Below are positions 15,769 through 32,107 of a DNA stretch of 64,000 bases, in pieces. Below the pieces are notes generated by a model that did not search any database, was not told where the DNA came from, and worked only from the letters and a program-made list of their open reading frames with translations. The DNA is from the human T2T-CHM13v2.0 reference genome, Homo sapiens, in NCBI RefSeq assembly GCF_009914755.1, contig NC_060947.1. The stretch is one strand, 5' to 3'. Made by a program: the position numbers and the translations under genes. The stretch's first letter is position 1; the number at the start of each line of letters is the position of its first letter.

Positions 15769-16954
15769 TATATTTGTTTACTTTTAATGAAAAAATGTAT
15801 TTGGCTGCTTGATAATGAAATAGGTTTTGTTCTCCATTCTATTCCCCTCTAGAGGATGGACGTAGTTTTTTTTTTTTGGTAGGCTTCCTGATTATGTTAA
15901 CCTTGTTTGATTGGTTGTATACCAGACCATGTGGCACAGGGAAGGATATCTGATCTGTACTATGATTCCTTATTGTCAGTTCCAGGCAGCACAGTAAACC
16001 TTCACTTAAATTTCTAATCGCTGTCTCAGTAATATATTCATAATATATACATTTATAGTTAATGTCATAACACTCCTTCATAATGATGGTGGTTGTGGGA
16101 CATGGTAACAAATACTTCCTTAAAAGCTAATCTAATCATATAGACAGTATATTTCTGATTATGGAAGTAATATATATGTAAAATTTTAAGCAATACCAAA
16201 ATTAGTAGAGTTGATGATAAAAGTCCATCATAATGAGATGGAGAAAAATTGAGAGAGAGAGTGTGTGTGTGTTTGAAATAGGCTATGGTCAAGGATGGAA
16301 TAAAGGTAAAAGATGTCATATACATATTACTTCATATATGTATCAGTAATTTTACATTTTGATGATGTCATTTTGAGGTTTCATCAAAATATCTGAATCA
16401 CATGGTCTGGAATCCTTGAGCTGGACCTGGCAGAAACTCCCGATTCCATGCAAGCAGATTCACAGATTGACCTTGGAAATTACCAATACTTGAGGGATCA
16501 ATAAAGGTAGAGGAACTGAGAAGGATATTCAGAGATGGGAGGGAAACCATAGTAGTATCCGCTGCTGTCAAGCAGGATTAGGATGCAGAAAGAACTTTGA
16601 GATTTGTCAGTTAAGAAGTCTTTGGTGATCTTTGGAAGAGAGCAGCTTCAGTGGCATGGCCAACACCAGATTGAAGAAAGCTGAGAAGTGAAGAGGAAGT
16701 GAGGAAGAGAAGCCAGCAAATATAGATTGTTCTTTGAGGAAGTTTAGTGGTGAAGAGGAGGAGAATGAGGAAATGATTTTTGAGAAGGAGGCAGGATTTA
16801 GGGGAGTTTTTTTAAGACAGGAGAGATTTATGTATGCATTTCAGCTGATGACAAGAATCCATGCATTCATCCATGTAATATTTATTTAGTTCCTACTGTG
16901 TGTCACTAGAGCTAATGAACAAACAGTAAAAAAAAAAAAGTAGTCATGGTGTGG

Positions 16955-17437
16955 GCCCCTAGGTGGAGGCATTTTTGGTTGTCACAATGATTACAGAATT
17001 TTTTGTTTTTTTGAGATAAGGTCTTGCTCTGTCACCCAGGCTGGAACGTAGTGGCTTGATCTCAGTTCACTGCAGCCTCAACCTCCTGGGCTCAAGCGAT
17101 CCTCCCACTTCAGCCTCTCTGGTAGCTAGGACTACAGGCATGCACCACAATGCCCTGCTAATTTTTCTTTTTTATTTTTTGTAGAGACAGGGTCTCATTA
17201 TGTTGCCCAAACTGGTCTCAAACTCCTGGGATCAAGCAATTCTGTCACCTCGGCCTTCCAAAGTGCTGGCATTACAGGCATGGGCCCCCATGCCCAGCTG
17301 ATTACAGGATATTATTGTCATTTAGTATTCAGGGCCAGGGTTGCCTTAAATCTTGCAATAAGAGGTATAGTCCTCAAGAATGAAGAGTTGTCCTACACAA
17401 AATGCCCATATTGCTTTCCTCTAGTTTAAAAACACTG
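16955..17437. mobile_element. MER20-like hAT element interrupted by an AluJ (about 17001-17299, minus)
   Basis: catttttggttgtcacaa...cagggccagggttgcc...aaaatgcccatattg...aaacactg; Alu TSD tgattacag. Confidence 0.7.
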
Positions 17438-17503
17438 ATTAGATAAAGAGGGATTGAAGATATGAGGGTGCTGCTACTCAGCAGCATTCCACCCTGTTGA
17501 CTA

Positions 17504-17506
<3 letters not shown>

Positions 17507-17549
<43 letters not shown>

Positions 17550-17818
17550 AGACAGAGTCCCGCTCTGTCGCTCAGGCTGGAGTACAGTGATGTGATCTTG
17601 GCTCACTGCAAACTCCACCTTCTGGGTTCAAGCTGTTCTCCTGCCTCAACCCCCTGAGTAGCTAGGACAACAGGCACGCGCCACTACGCCTGGCTAATTT
17701 TCATATTTTTAGTAGAGACGGGTTCCCAGGCTGGTCTCCAACTCCTGGCCTCAAGTGATCTGCCTGCCTCGGCCTTTCAAAGTGCTGAGATTACAGGCAT
17801 GAGCCACCGCACCCGGCC
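17507..17818 (-). mobile_element. AluS with uninterrupted T42 tail
   Basis: 42 T at 17507-17548 followed by the Alu body. Confidence 0.92.
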
Positions 17819-17970
17819 TGCTCTCTCCTTGAAACACAGTTTTCTCTTTACTTTAATGACCCCATTCTCACTGAGGAGTGAGGAAAGACTTCACTCTTTT
17901 CTTCCGAAATCACTAGGCATTCCTCCTCTCTTTCACTCCCAAATCACTGGCTCTTCCTATTCTGCCTTAA

Positions 17971-18379
<409 letters not shown>

Positions 18380-18792
18380 TCATATAACTATTTACTTGCC
18401 ATCTCTTACTTGTTTAATAGACAACTCAAACCTAACATGTCTAAAACAGAACTCTTAATTGTCTTCCATAAACCTTTTTCTCATTCATCTTCTTTGTGGC
18501 AATAACATTCACCCAGTTGCTCAAGCTAAAAACCTAAATCAGCCATCATTCCTCTTTCCTTTATACCTCATGTCTAATCCATCAGCAAGTATTACTGGCT
18601 GTACCTTCAAAATATATTCTAAATCCATCTAATTTTCATTACCACTGCAATTGCTATCATGTTACTAACGATCATCATCTCTATCTGGACCATTCTGACG
18701 AGTCTCTAATGACATTATCTCCCTGCTTTGACTCTTCCTTCCCTATAGCCTTTCCACACAGAGTGTAAGAGTTCCTTTTTAAAAGTAAGTCA

Positions 18793-19080
<288 letters not shown>

Positions 19081-19339
19081 TCAGACCATATCACCTCTTC
19101 GCTTACAGCCCTCAATGGCTTCCTGTTGCACTTACAGAACAAAATCCAAACTCCTTATCTTAAAAGTAGGGAAGGGCCCCGTGTGATCTGACCCTTACCT
19201 ACTTTTACAGTTTCATCCAATGTGACACTTTCTTCCTTGTTTGTTATGTTCTGCTTATCCTGACCTTCTTTTTGATCCTTCAATATGCCAAGTTATTTCC
19301 CGATTCCTTGTTATTCATTCCACCTGGGTATTCCACCTA

Positions 19340-20010
19340 GTCCCTCAGATAATGAAATTTTACTTCTTCCTTTCCAATCATTTTAACCTATTTCTTGTTT
19401 AATTGCATGTTAGTACCTCCAGAACTATATTATGTAATAATAGTGAATACTGAACTTTATTTCTTATTTCTCACTTTAAATTTTTAAAAATTAAAAAAAT
19501 ATGAGTACGTAATAGAGATACACTATTCAGCCATTAAAAAAAGAGATCCTGTCATTTGAAACAACGTGATGGAACTGGAGATCATTATGTTACGTGAAAT
19601 AAGCCAGGCACAGAAAGACGAACATCACACTTTCTCACTTATTTGTGGGATCTAAAAATCAAAACAATTGAACTCATGGACATAGGGAGTAAAAGGATGG
19701 TTACCAGAGAATGGGAGTGGTCATTGAGGGAGGGGAAGTGTGGGGTTGGTTAATGGGAACAAAAATATAAATTTCTCACTTTAATTGGAATGGTTCTAGT
19801 GTTTCTTCATTTAGTTAGATACTGATTTTTGGGGTATGTGTTAAGGATCTGTTCATCTATTCTGATTTTAAGAGTTCTAAGCAAGAATAGATGATGAATT
19901 TAATCAAATGCCTTTTTACCATTTGTGAAGATCATATGATTTTTTTAGTTTTTATCTATTGGTAAATTATATTAGCAAATTTCTTAATATGGAACCATCC
20001 TTGCATTCAT
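19340..20010. mobile_element. Old L1 (minus) containing an L1MA 3' piece (about 19510-19770, plus)
   Basis: ggaactggagatcattatgttacgtgaaataagccaggcacagaaagac motif. Confidence 0.65.
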
Positions 20011-20242
20011 TCATTCAGTCAACAAATATTTGTTGAGTGCCTATGATTTGCCACTAAGTATTTTATGAAAACTCTCATTAACAATGATAAGCTGTAGGAA
20101 AATGAAAAAAAAATTAAAGGTGATGGGTCTCTGTTTTGAAATTATAAAAATATTTACCTCTGAAGTATAAAAATGTAGAGGTATGTATTGTCCAAAACCA
20201 GGGCAAAAAACCAGTAGGTCATCTTTTTAAATTGATAGATAA

Positions 20243-20550
<308 letters not shown>

Positions 20551-20599
20551 AGATGGATAAATTTTGATAATGCTACCACTTTGAAACAGTCCAGTACTA

Positions 20600-20833
20600 T
20601 ATTACCATACCTGTCTTTTTAAAAATAGTTTATAGATGCATGACTCCTCTCCCATCACAGGAGTCAAGAGTCCTCAGAGGCCTCTTGTGGCTTTCCACAA
20701 CTTATTGTCCCATATTTTTATGGCCAGTTCATGCAGGCACCCCATAAACCTTTTTCCCAACATATTACCATACCTGTCTTTTTAAAAATACTTCATAGAT
20801 GCATGACTACTCTCCCATCACAGGAATCAAGAG
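20600..20833. repeat. 71-bp direct duplication (20600-20670, 20763-20833) flanking a 92-bp insert
   Basis: Copies differ at 4 of 71 positions. Confidence 0.95.
20671..20762 (-). mobile_element. 5' (U3) end fragment of a MER9B-like ERVK (HML-3) LTR
   Basis: Reverse complement starts TGTTGGGAAAAAGG...AACTGGCCATAAAAATATGGGACAATAAGTTGTGGAAAGCCACAAGAGGCCTCTGAGGA, as in the recalled MER9B start. Confidence 0.65.
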
Positions 20834-21124
20834 ATACTGTTCTAAGTATAGAGGATAGCATAGTAAACAAAACATAAACATCACTGCCTTCACAGAGCTT
20901 ACCTTATTGTGGAAGAGATAAATAAAATAAACACATAAATTGTATTGTACATTAGAAGGTGAAAATGCTCTGAGGAGAAAAGGAGGAGGAAGTGATAGGG
21001 CATACTAGAGTTGGTGGTGGCTGAAATTATTAATAGTGTGGTCACGAAAGCCTTCACTAAGAAGGCAATATTTGAGCAGACACCTGAAAGAGATGAGGAA
21101 GTGAGGTTCCAATGTTAGAAAGGG

Positions 21125-21431
21125 TTTTGTTGTTGTTGTTGTTGTTGTCATTTGAGACAGGGTCTTGCTCTGTCACCCAGGCTGGAGTGCAGTAGTGTGA
21201 TCTTGGCTCACTGCAGCCTTGATCTCCTGGACTCAAGTGATCCTCCCACCCCAGCCTCCCAAGCAAATGGGAGTACAGGCGCGCACCACCATGCCCAGCT
21301 ACTTTTGTATTTTTTGTAGAGACGGGGTTTCGCCATGTTGCCCAGGCTGGTCTTGAACTCCTGAGCTCAAGTGATCTGCCCATCTTAGCCTCCCAAAGCA
21401 CTGAGATTATAGGTGTGCACACCACACCCAC
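21125..21431 (-). mobile_element. AluJ with (TTG)n tail
   Basis: AluJ diagnostics; TSD tagaaagg. Confidence 0.9.
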
Positions 21432-21613
21432 ACTAGAAAGGTTAATCTAAGTGAATATTTAAAACTCCAAGATTTAAGACAGGAGGTAATCTTAGAAATA
21501 TCAATAAAGAACAAGTAACTATTCTTAGAGAAATCAGGGGAAGTGTCCCAGGAATTAGTAAACGATTCCAGCAAGATGGGTAATAGGTGGTATCGTGTAA
21601 GAACATGAGTTTT

Positions 21614-22015
21614 TACGTTGTATATGTTTTAGGTGTACAACATGATGTTTTGATATACATATTCTCAGTAAAGTGATTACTACAGTCAAGCTAATTAATG
21701 TATTTATCATCTCAGGTAGTATCTTTTGTGTATGTGGGGGATAAGACCACCTAAAATCTACTCTTAGAAGAGTTCCACTACTTGGTATAATATTAACTAT
21801 AGTCCTCATGCTGTACCTTAGAGCTCTAGATTTATTCATGCTAAATAACCCAAGTTTGTATCCTTTGACCTGCATCTCTTCATCTCCCACCCCACCTCTA
21901 GTAACCACCATTCTTCTCTCTATTTCTATGTATTAGATATTTTTTAGGTTCCACATTTAAGAGAGATCATGCCGTATTTTTCTTTCTGTGTCTGGCATTT
22001 TTCACTTAGCATAAT
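21614..22015 (-). mobile_element. 5'-truncated L1MA 3' end
   Basis: aggtgtacaacatgatgttttg...ttcacttagcataatg; TSD acatgagttttt. Confidence 0.8.
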
Positions 22016-23704
22016 GGAGGACATGAGTTTTTTTTTTAACTGGAAGAAAGGGACAGGCCCAGTGTTATAAAGGAAATAGGAGAGAAAAAAAAACTGGCGC
22101 CAACTGAGAAGACTATAGGGGAAGCAGTGTAATTGGGGAGATCCAGATTTCAGTTAGATTAAGAAGCTGAGAATATTCAAAGAGGCTAAAGAGATAAGGG
22201 ATGATGTACTATGTATTCCAGAGGACCTAATGGAAAAGGCTCAGGATTTGATGAGGGATGGAAAATGGAGACATAATAGGAGATATGAAGATCCATATGG
22301 TAGTTATGTGATAAGGAATGATTTGGGAGTCTGAGACTTCTTGTGGTTATTGACAAATAGAGTTAAAAGTATAATGAATTTAGTTCTGGTGGTCTCAAGA
22401 CAGGTAGTGGTGGTGAGGCTATGATTATTTTGGGGGAGAGGGTGAGTGCCAGTGGAGATGTGGATGCCTGTAGATGAATGTTCTTACTGCAGAGTGAGTT
22501 GAGCTTACTCTTGACTCCTGTGGTGGAGAGGAGGTATGCATCTATGAAGCATTTTTAAAAAGACAGGTGTGGCAATATAGTACTGGACTGTTTAAAAATG
22601 GTAGCATTATTGAAATTTATCCATCAATTTAAAAACATGACCTATTGGGCCTTTGCCCTAGTTTTGTACAATACATACCTCTATATTTTTATCCTTCAGA
22701 GGTAAATATTTTTATAATTTCAAAGCAGAGATCTAATGCCTTTAATTTTTTAAAATTTTCCTATAGATTATCATTCTTCATGAGAGTTTTTATAAAATAC
22801 TTAGTATGGCTGCAGTGGAAAAAAATATCTTATACATGTTTCTGTAGTTAAACAATGGGAAATTAAACAGTTGAAGCAATTCAGAATGAAATCTACCCAA
22901 ACTTTTTCTGTTAATCAAAATTTCCTAATATTGTTAAGTTTCAAATGGGAACTCAAATAGCCTTCTTTCCTAAGAATCAAATGTGTGAGGAGTGGTTTCT
23001 GTATTTCTGTCAAATGGAAATATTCTTATAATATCTAGAACCCATAAATAAATTAATTTAGAATATCTTCCAAAGTGTCAGTCCAAACCCTCCAGTGAAG
23101 CAGCTTCACTGAAATATCAGTAAATAGTGCTGGTCAAGTTACATATATTTTTTACTTATTCTTATCGTGGTGATGAAGTGACAGTTCAAGAGGAAACCTA
23201 GAATGGATGACCTCCATGAAACACCTGCTATTTGGACTTCTCTTGTCAATTTTCAAACATCTTATAATATAATTGTAGACATTTATCTGAGGAGCTGAGA
23301 AGCCTGTTAATCACTTACAAATTATATGACCTTTCAGGAACCATCTTGTCATACACATCTCTCATAAGAACACGACAGGAAAGAAGAGATTTGAAACTCA
23401 CAATAATAATCACTCAATAATGACTCCCTAGTAAGTCAGCTCTCTTACAGCACATAGAGGACAATAAATGAAGGCCAAGGAAAACGATTTGCAAGCACTT
23501 TAACCTTCCTTTACCTCTCTTGAGGGAAGCCTCAAAGTAAATTCCCAGAGAGAGACTGAGTAGTTTTTACTACTTGCCTGAAGAGAAGCTGAAAGTGGGA
23601 AGAAGGGATCTCACAAACCTTAAATTATGGGCTTTTTTCCTGTTACTTTTTATTTATAAGGACAGAAGGCAGATATTTGAAATAAAGTTAGTGATGGATA
23701 CTGG

Positions 23705-24544
<840 letters not shown>

Positions 24545-25884
24545 TTAATTTTTAAAAAGTAACAGAACCAGAATTTAAACCTAAGTTTGATTCCAAAGGT
24601 TGAGTTCTCAGAAGGTTAAAAGTTTCCCAATGAATTTTTAAAGTTTTCCTTAGTTTACCTGTTAAAATAACTTATTCTTTAAAACAAATTCAATTTGCAC
24701 CCTATGTAAAGAAAGGAACATCAATCCCTTTAAATTGTTTGGTCAGTGACATCATCCTATATTTACTAATGTTTAACAAGTTAGGTCTTGAGCGCAATCA
24801 GTTAGAGGTCAATTAATATCCATGTCTGTATTCCAGGTATTTGTTTTAAAGTATTGCTGGAAAAATCTCATGCATGTGTCAGGAGTTGTTTTTCTATTAA
24901 GATTCCTCATTGAGTCTTCTGTCTTGCAAGATATTAATGTGTGCGATTCCACCTAATTTGTCCCTTCTCTTGTCTCTTCTCTGAAACCACTGTAGTATAT
25001 AATTTTAATTTCCTTAAGAAGAAAAATTAGTGAGTTGTTTCTGAATTGCCCTTCACTAGAACAGCAAATGATTTTAAGAACCATTTTAAAGTTCTACCCA
25101 GAAATTGTATCTATTTTTGTCTTTCTCAATTGGCATTTTAACCCTGGAAAAATAATATTTTGCCATGAAAATTCTAAACATTTCAGACTAAAGAAACAAA
25201 TATTTGTATCTCTTCTTTGAGGTGACATGAGTTAACATGTGACGTTAAAGATCTCAATTTGACTATCAGACCTGAGTATTAGAGTAAAAATGGGTGGGAC
25301 TTTCTTTGTCGAATAGAATGCCTATTTACTTTGAGGCAGAGCACCTGTAACTACCCCCTGAGAACTGTACGTCTCTCACTTGAAGCATCTCTGATTATGA
25401 AGATCCAAATTTTCAAAATATAAATTAGGAGGCAATTTTTTGTTGAATGAAAATGTTAACCGTAGTATTTAGATAGTAGCACCTGTAGAGCTCTATTTAC
25501 AAATCTTTGTTTATATACAGATTTAATAAAGTAAAATATAACTCACAAGCATGTATTGCTCCAAACACATTATATTGCAAAAACACAACTGCCTACTTTA
25601 AGCTTCTTACAAGAAATCTCAATTTGTCGCATTATTTATTTGATATGTATTTTCCTCATAACTTACTGCTTTCCCTCTGGCCATTAGAGCCATGAATTCA
25701 CCAGATGTTCAATATTTCAAGTCTTCTATCTCATTTTACAGAAAGCTTCATAATTTACCTGAACCTTGGGCTGCATTTTCTTCATTTCTTTGTTTATGGA
25801 AACCATATGCCATGCTATCCTATATATAGACATCAACTTCCATCAGAAAGAGAAAGCATGTAGAGAGTAAGAGATAGACTTTGT

Positions 25885-26750
<866 letters not shown>

Positions 26751-27064
26751 ACATTTAAAGTGAAATCTTACTAAACCAATATGTTGTCCTTTTGGGGAGG
26801 TGGGAGTCATATTGTTATTTCTCTTTTGTTTTGATAACATAACACCTGAACTCCCACACCTCCCTAGAAAATGTGGTATGGAAATTTATGCCAGAAGACT
26901 ATTAGATGGCATCACCAACTCATACCCAACATGAGAACTAAACTTTTTTTATACAAATTGCCAACTGATATAAAGGCAGTTGAAGGTCCCCAACTCTAAC
27001 AGGTGTACTACTATGTACCTTCAGAAAATGAAGGTTACAGTCAAGTAACCAAAGTGTTTCTGTA

Positions 27065-27236
27065 TAGCTTTGGAGCCAGAAACCTTAGTCAGATTACAGG
27101 AGGTTGCCCTTGGGCCACTCACTAAATTTCTCTGTTGTAGTTTCTCCATCTGTAAAATGGGGATAATAATCTCTGCTGCTCAAGATTGACATAAAGATAG
27201 GGCATAGCCTGGCACATAGTTGACAATAAATATTAG
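27065..27236 (+). mobile_element. MIR
   Basis: ctttggagccaga...agtttctccatctgtaaaatggggataataat...cctggcacatag. Confidence 0.8.
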
Positions 27237-27407
<171 letters not shown>

Positions 27408-28206
27408 TGAGTAAAACTTAGAACTGGAATAGTGTATTATAATATTAAAGAGTCTTCAGTCAATATTATTTTTTAAAATGTACAGTTATTTTGTATCACC
27501 CCTAAAGTCTGAAGAAAAGTGGAAAATTTTGTATTCAGATGTTTGATCTACATTAATATAAACATAAATATGTTTGGAAATACTTGGACTTTTTTCTACT
27601 TTGCATCCGTGCATTTGGAGTGGGTTAATGCTATTAAAACACAATTCTTGACACCCAGATGCAGTTTATCTATCAGAAAAAATAACTAGAAGTGAAAATG
27701 CCATTAAGTTGTAAGTCTTATATGTGGTTTTTGTACATTGATTACATAAGGGAAGCAATATCTTTATACTTTTGTCATTTTGTGGGGCTGTAAGGTTAAA
27801 TTTGAGTGTTTTCATTTAAATCAACAAAAAGATCTTGCCATCAATTACTATCTAAATACCTCACTGCTTTGTGCACATCTTATCTGGATATAGAGCAGTG
27901 AGCACATACTGGTTCACTGCAATGGTCCTAACTCTGTAACTCATGAACATTTCAAACTGGATTTGGGAGGCAGGCAGTTGCTGGCACATTTTCTTCCTTC
28001 CATTATCAGTACCTATAATTCTCCTTTGTTGAGCTTAGGACTTCAAGAAAATGACAAGAAGATCCTTCATACAAAAGATTCCTATGTGTAAACAACCCAA
28101 TATGCATATGTAGCTTAATCTTGGCTTCTATAGTAAATGCATTTAACCCAAAATGGTCTACAGATAAATATATATCAAATGTTTTCTTATTATTTACATC
28201 ATTTCA

Positions 28207-28597
28207 AAAATGTATCCTCACAGAACAATCATCTCATGTTATAAAAATTATATTCACTATTTCTGCTGTTTACTTCAAGGAGTATTGTACCCTTTTGTTG
28301 CATTTTATACACGAATTTACTCTTCCACATAACCTTTACAAGGAAAATTGGTTAAATGAACAATCTTCCAAGATATTTGCAAGCTTGTTAAAAGCACACA
28401 CATGTCTACACACCATGGGGTTAATTTCCGTTTCCCTAGCAGTTCTCACTGTCTGTGAGACTTTCATTTAGTGGATTCTGATGGATATCTGTAATGACGG
28501 CACAGCCATAGCAGCTACCTAAAGATTGATGGAGACAGCAGAAATACTGAATACAATTTTTATAACATGAGATGTTTGTTCTGTGAGGATACATTTT
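28207..28597. repeat. 63-bp inverted repeat (28207-28269 / 28535-28597), 265-bp spacer
   Basis: 60 of 63 positions complementary by manual comparison. Confidence 0.93.
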
Positions 28598-28599
28598 GG

Positions 28600-30640
28600 A
28601 TTAAAAGTACTTTCCCACATAGAACATGGGCTATACACTAGGTCCTTTGGATCATAATGTACTTATATATTAAATGCGCAGTGCAGAGAGGTACCATCTC
28701 AAGAAAACCTGCTTAACTAAGATAGAAGACAGAAAATATAATTAAGGATTTTATCATGTTTCCTAAATACTTGAGAATCCTTTAGAGCCATGCTTTTCTC
28801 TGAAATTGCATTATCGGGAATGTGTCTTGTTTTCGAGTTTATTGATATTCACACCTACTTTCTTTAGTTTCTAACTTTGACATCATATAACGCTATGTTT
28901 ATCCAATCTGAGAAAGATTTGAGAGGGCATTCTGTTCTTGTATCTATAAGGCAGAAACAAGCGAATTTATTTTAACTGAATTGACCAGTGGTTTCTGTCA
29001 AACAATAGTCAATTTCATTCGAATTACCAATAAAACCCAGGTATTTACCAAAATAAATAAAGCAGTTTACCAAATTCTTCACTTTTTTCAATTGGTTGTT
29101 TTGGCATGTAGATACCCAACATGGAGTAAATGGAGAGGAGGAAAGACGGAGAAAATTGGATAATTTACGGGGATCTCTTAAGTCTTCATATGAGATTTCA
29201 TTATTTTTCTAAGTGAATTCTAAGAATTTCATAAATGAATACCTTGAATGTGATAATAATAACACATTCTAAAGACAAATGTAAGCTAATTTTTGGTTGA
29301 GTGCTGCTTTAGATTACTCACACATTTGCTGTGCTCCTTTAGTTTGGATTGGGAATTGACTGATTTTCAAAGACTGATAGCTAAAAAAGAAGTTTTCTAA
29401 ATGAAATAGTTGAGTTGCAGCTCAGTAGCTATTTCTGCACTTTCTTTGAAAATAGTTATGTCTCCTTCAGTAAACCTTAAAAAGGTTTTTAACCCAGATA
29501 TGTAAGTCAAATAATTTTGTTAATTATATAAGATAAAAATTTCATTATGCGAATATGCTGGGAACCAGGATGTCCTTTGCTTAAATCTCTTGTGAGCAAC
29601 ATCAACTTAAACTCTCTAATATAAGTATAAGCATGTAAGTCTCTAAACTTGAGTTCACTGTAGAGATTTTTTTTGTATTTACATTCATGTATTATTGTTT
29701 GCATTTAATTTCTAATGAAAATTAACACTGGATGAACCTTTGATCACTGCCTAGACTGTAACTTCTGAAAATGCAAATACATTGTCAATGTAAAAGTAGA
29801 GGTATTGGGTTTAAATGTTTGTTCATATCTTATAGTACTAATCTATGGTAATTATTCAAATGTTATTTTGTGGTGACCTGAATACTTGCTTCATTTATTT
29901 ACTCACTCATTCATTTATTTATTCACTCAACATTTATAAAGTCTTCCACTAGACACTAAGGGAGCACCAAGATAAGATACATTAATGTCCTTCCATGAAT
30001 TGTACATGGATAAGTATTTGGAGAATTTTTATTTTGTTTAAATATAAATCTCAGTACAGATAATAAGACAGTAAAACAGACGACGAAAATATTTCCCTTC
30101 TCCTAAGAGCCTAAATCAGTTGTACAGTTCTACTGTTCAACATTTTATTATGTGAAGCCATACTACTTAGAACTACACAGAAATGCAGGCGTAGATGGAT
30201 CATTCCAATGGCCACTAACTGTCTCTTTTGAATTTATTTCTCTCTGGACAGAGAAGTGCACATTATCATTGGAACTCCTTCTTCAGCTGATTTATAGTTG
30301 TCTTTTAGTGCAACGAAGCTACCATACTAAGCTTTGCTTTCTTTTAAAAGTGAATATATTATCATTTATTGAATAAAGTATAAAGGAAATCTAAGTCTAG
30401 CACAACCTATATTGTAAACAGATTTAAAGGATGGACTCTACACGGTTTTTGCACTCACTTTTTTTTTCCTGAGATGCCAAATATTACAGTCTACATTAAA
30501 ATGCATTGCCACTACGTTTGGCAACGTATTCAGGCGAAGTGTTTTTCCTACCCCACATGGAATGGAACAAGAGTCACAGAAAATTTATCCTTCAGGTTCC
30601 ATAAATGTGTAATAAATACTTTTAATGAACCCAGTCTTCT
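28600..30640 (-). mobile_element. Probable decayed hAT-superfamily transposase remnant
   Basis: Manual translation gives hAT-like motifs in the expected order across stops and frameshifts (see findings). Confidence 0.45.
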
Positions 30641-31542
30641 GAACTCAGGTTTTTGCAAAGGAATAAAGAAGGAATTGATTTTCAAGGGTTTTGTTTTCAA
30701 ATACATACTAGTTCTCAATTCAAGAACCCAATAAGTGCCCCTAAAAATACCATATTCCTTTACTTATTTGGATATTATACCTTCTAAAAGAGCATCCTGT
30801 CCACCTTTTATAGAGATACTCAGACCTTCTCTACTGAAAATGCGAGGTAACAAGTGTTTCATGCATTTAATTTTCTTCCAAAACCAGCATGTGCTGACCC
30901 CGTGCATAATTTAGATTCATGCCAATATGGCAGAATTATGGATGTCTCATCCCAGCAATGCATCTAAAGCATAAAACTATCCAGCAACTGAACTATAAAC
31001 CACAAAATAAACCTAGCAATCTATCACAGGGAATTTTTGTCAATGTGTAAGTAGAAAGAATCAGAAGCAAGGAGAGAGAAGCACTTTCATTGATTTGGTA
31101 TTGAAATCATTCCCAGCCTCAGTTTCAAAAACTACACCTGTGGTAGAGACTCTGCTTAAATCTATGTTAGCAGAAGTGTCATAGAGCCATTCCAATTTTC
31201 AAATTTGTATCCGTCGGCCACATTGCATCTATACATAAGTATGAGTGGCAACAGATCTGTCCAGCAAACTTAAAAGTTGCATAGTTCTATTTCTATGCCT
31301 GTAAACATAGCCTGAGACTATGTAAAATGAGGTCAATTCGGAGAAAAATAGGGGCGCCAAAACAACTGCTTGGATTTTTAAGTCCAGAAAAACTGGTATA
31401 CTGTTTGTGTTATTTAGGCATATTTTTGATCCAATATTTACACTATCTAAATATTGGGGGGGGGGTTGTTTTCTAACACTCTAGTGGCATATGTTGTTTG
31501 CAATTGTCTTATTGAAAGTGATACATCATTTTAGGAAGCTAA

Positions 31543-31698
<156 letters not shown>

Positions 31699-31871
31699 AA
31701 CTGCATGAAAAAGATAAAAAGTAGTAAAATGGCATTGGTAACAATTAAAAAACTTTGAAAAAAATGATTGTTTTCTATATTCTCTTTATTATTCTGACAT
31801 ATTTTTGAAAGGGACAAAATTCAGTTCTAGTGATATTGTGACCATTTACAGTAATTTCTATTACTCTGTTA

Positions 31872-32086
<215 letters not shown>

Positions 32087-32107
32087 GGAAATATGTTTTC
32101 TTATGTA

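Noticed and set aside
28870-29070. IYFGKYLGFIG and SDWINIAL resemble bornavirus glycoprotein motifs (possible endogenous viral element)
   Set aside because: Spacing disagrees with the recalled G protein, and surrounding motifs fit an hAT transposase better
30770-30830. Minus-strand GLSISIKGG resembling a PDZ carboxylate-binding loop
   Set aside because: Isolated 9-mer; no rest of the PDZ fold; stop density in this frame looks random
31350-31362. TGGCGCCC on the minus strand, like a tRNA-Lys primer-binding site
   Set aside because: Only 8 nt match and there is no adjacent LTR
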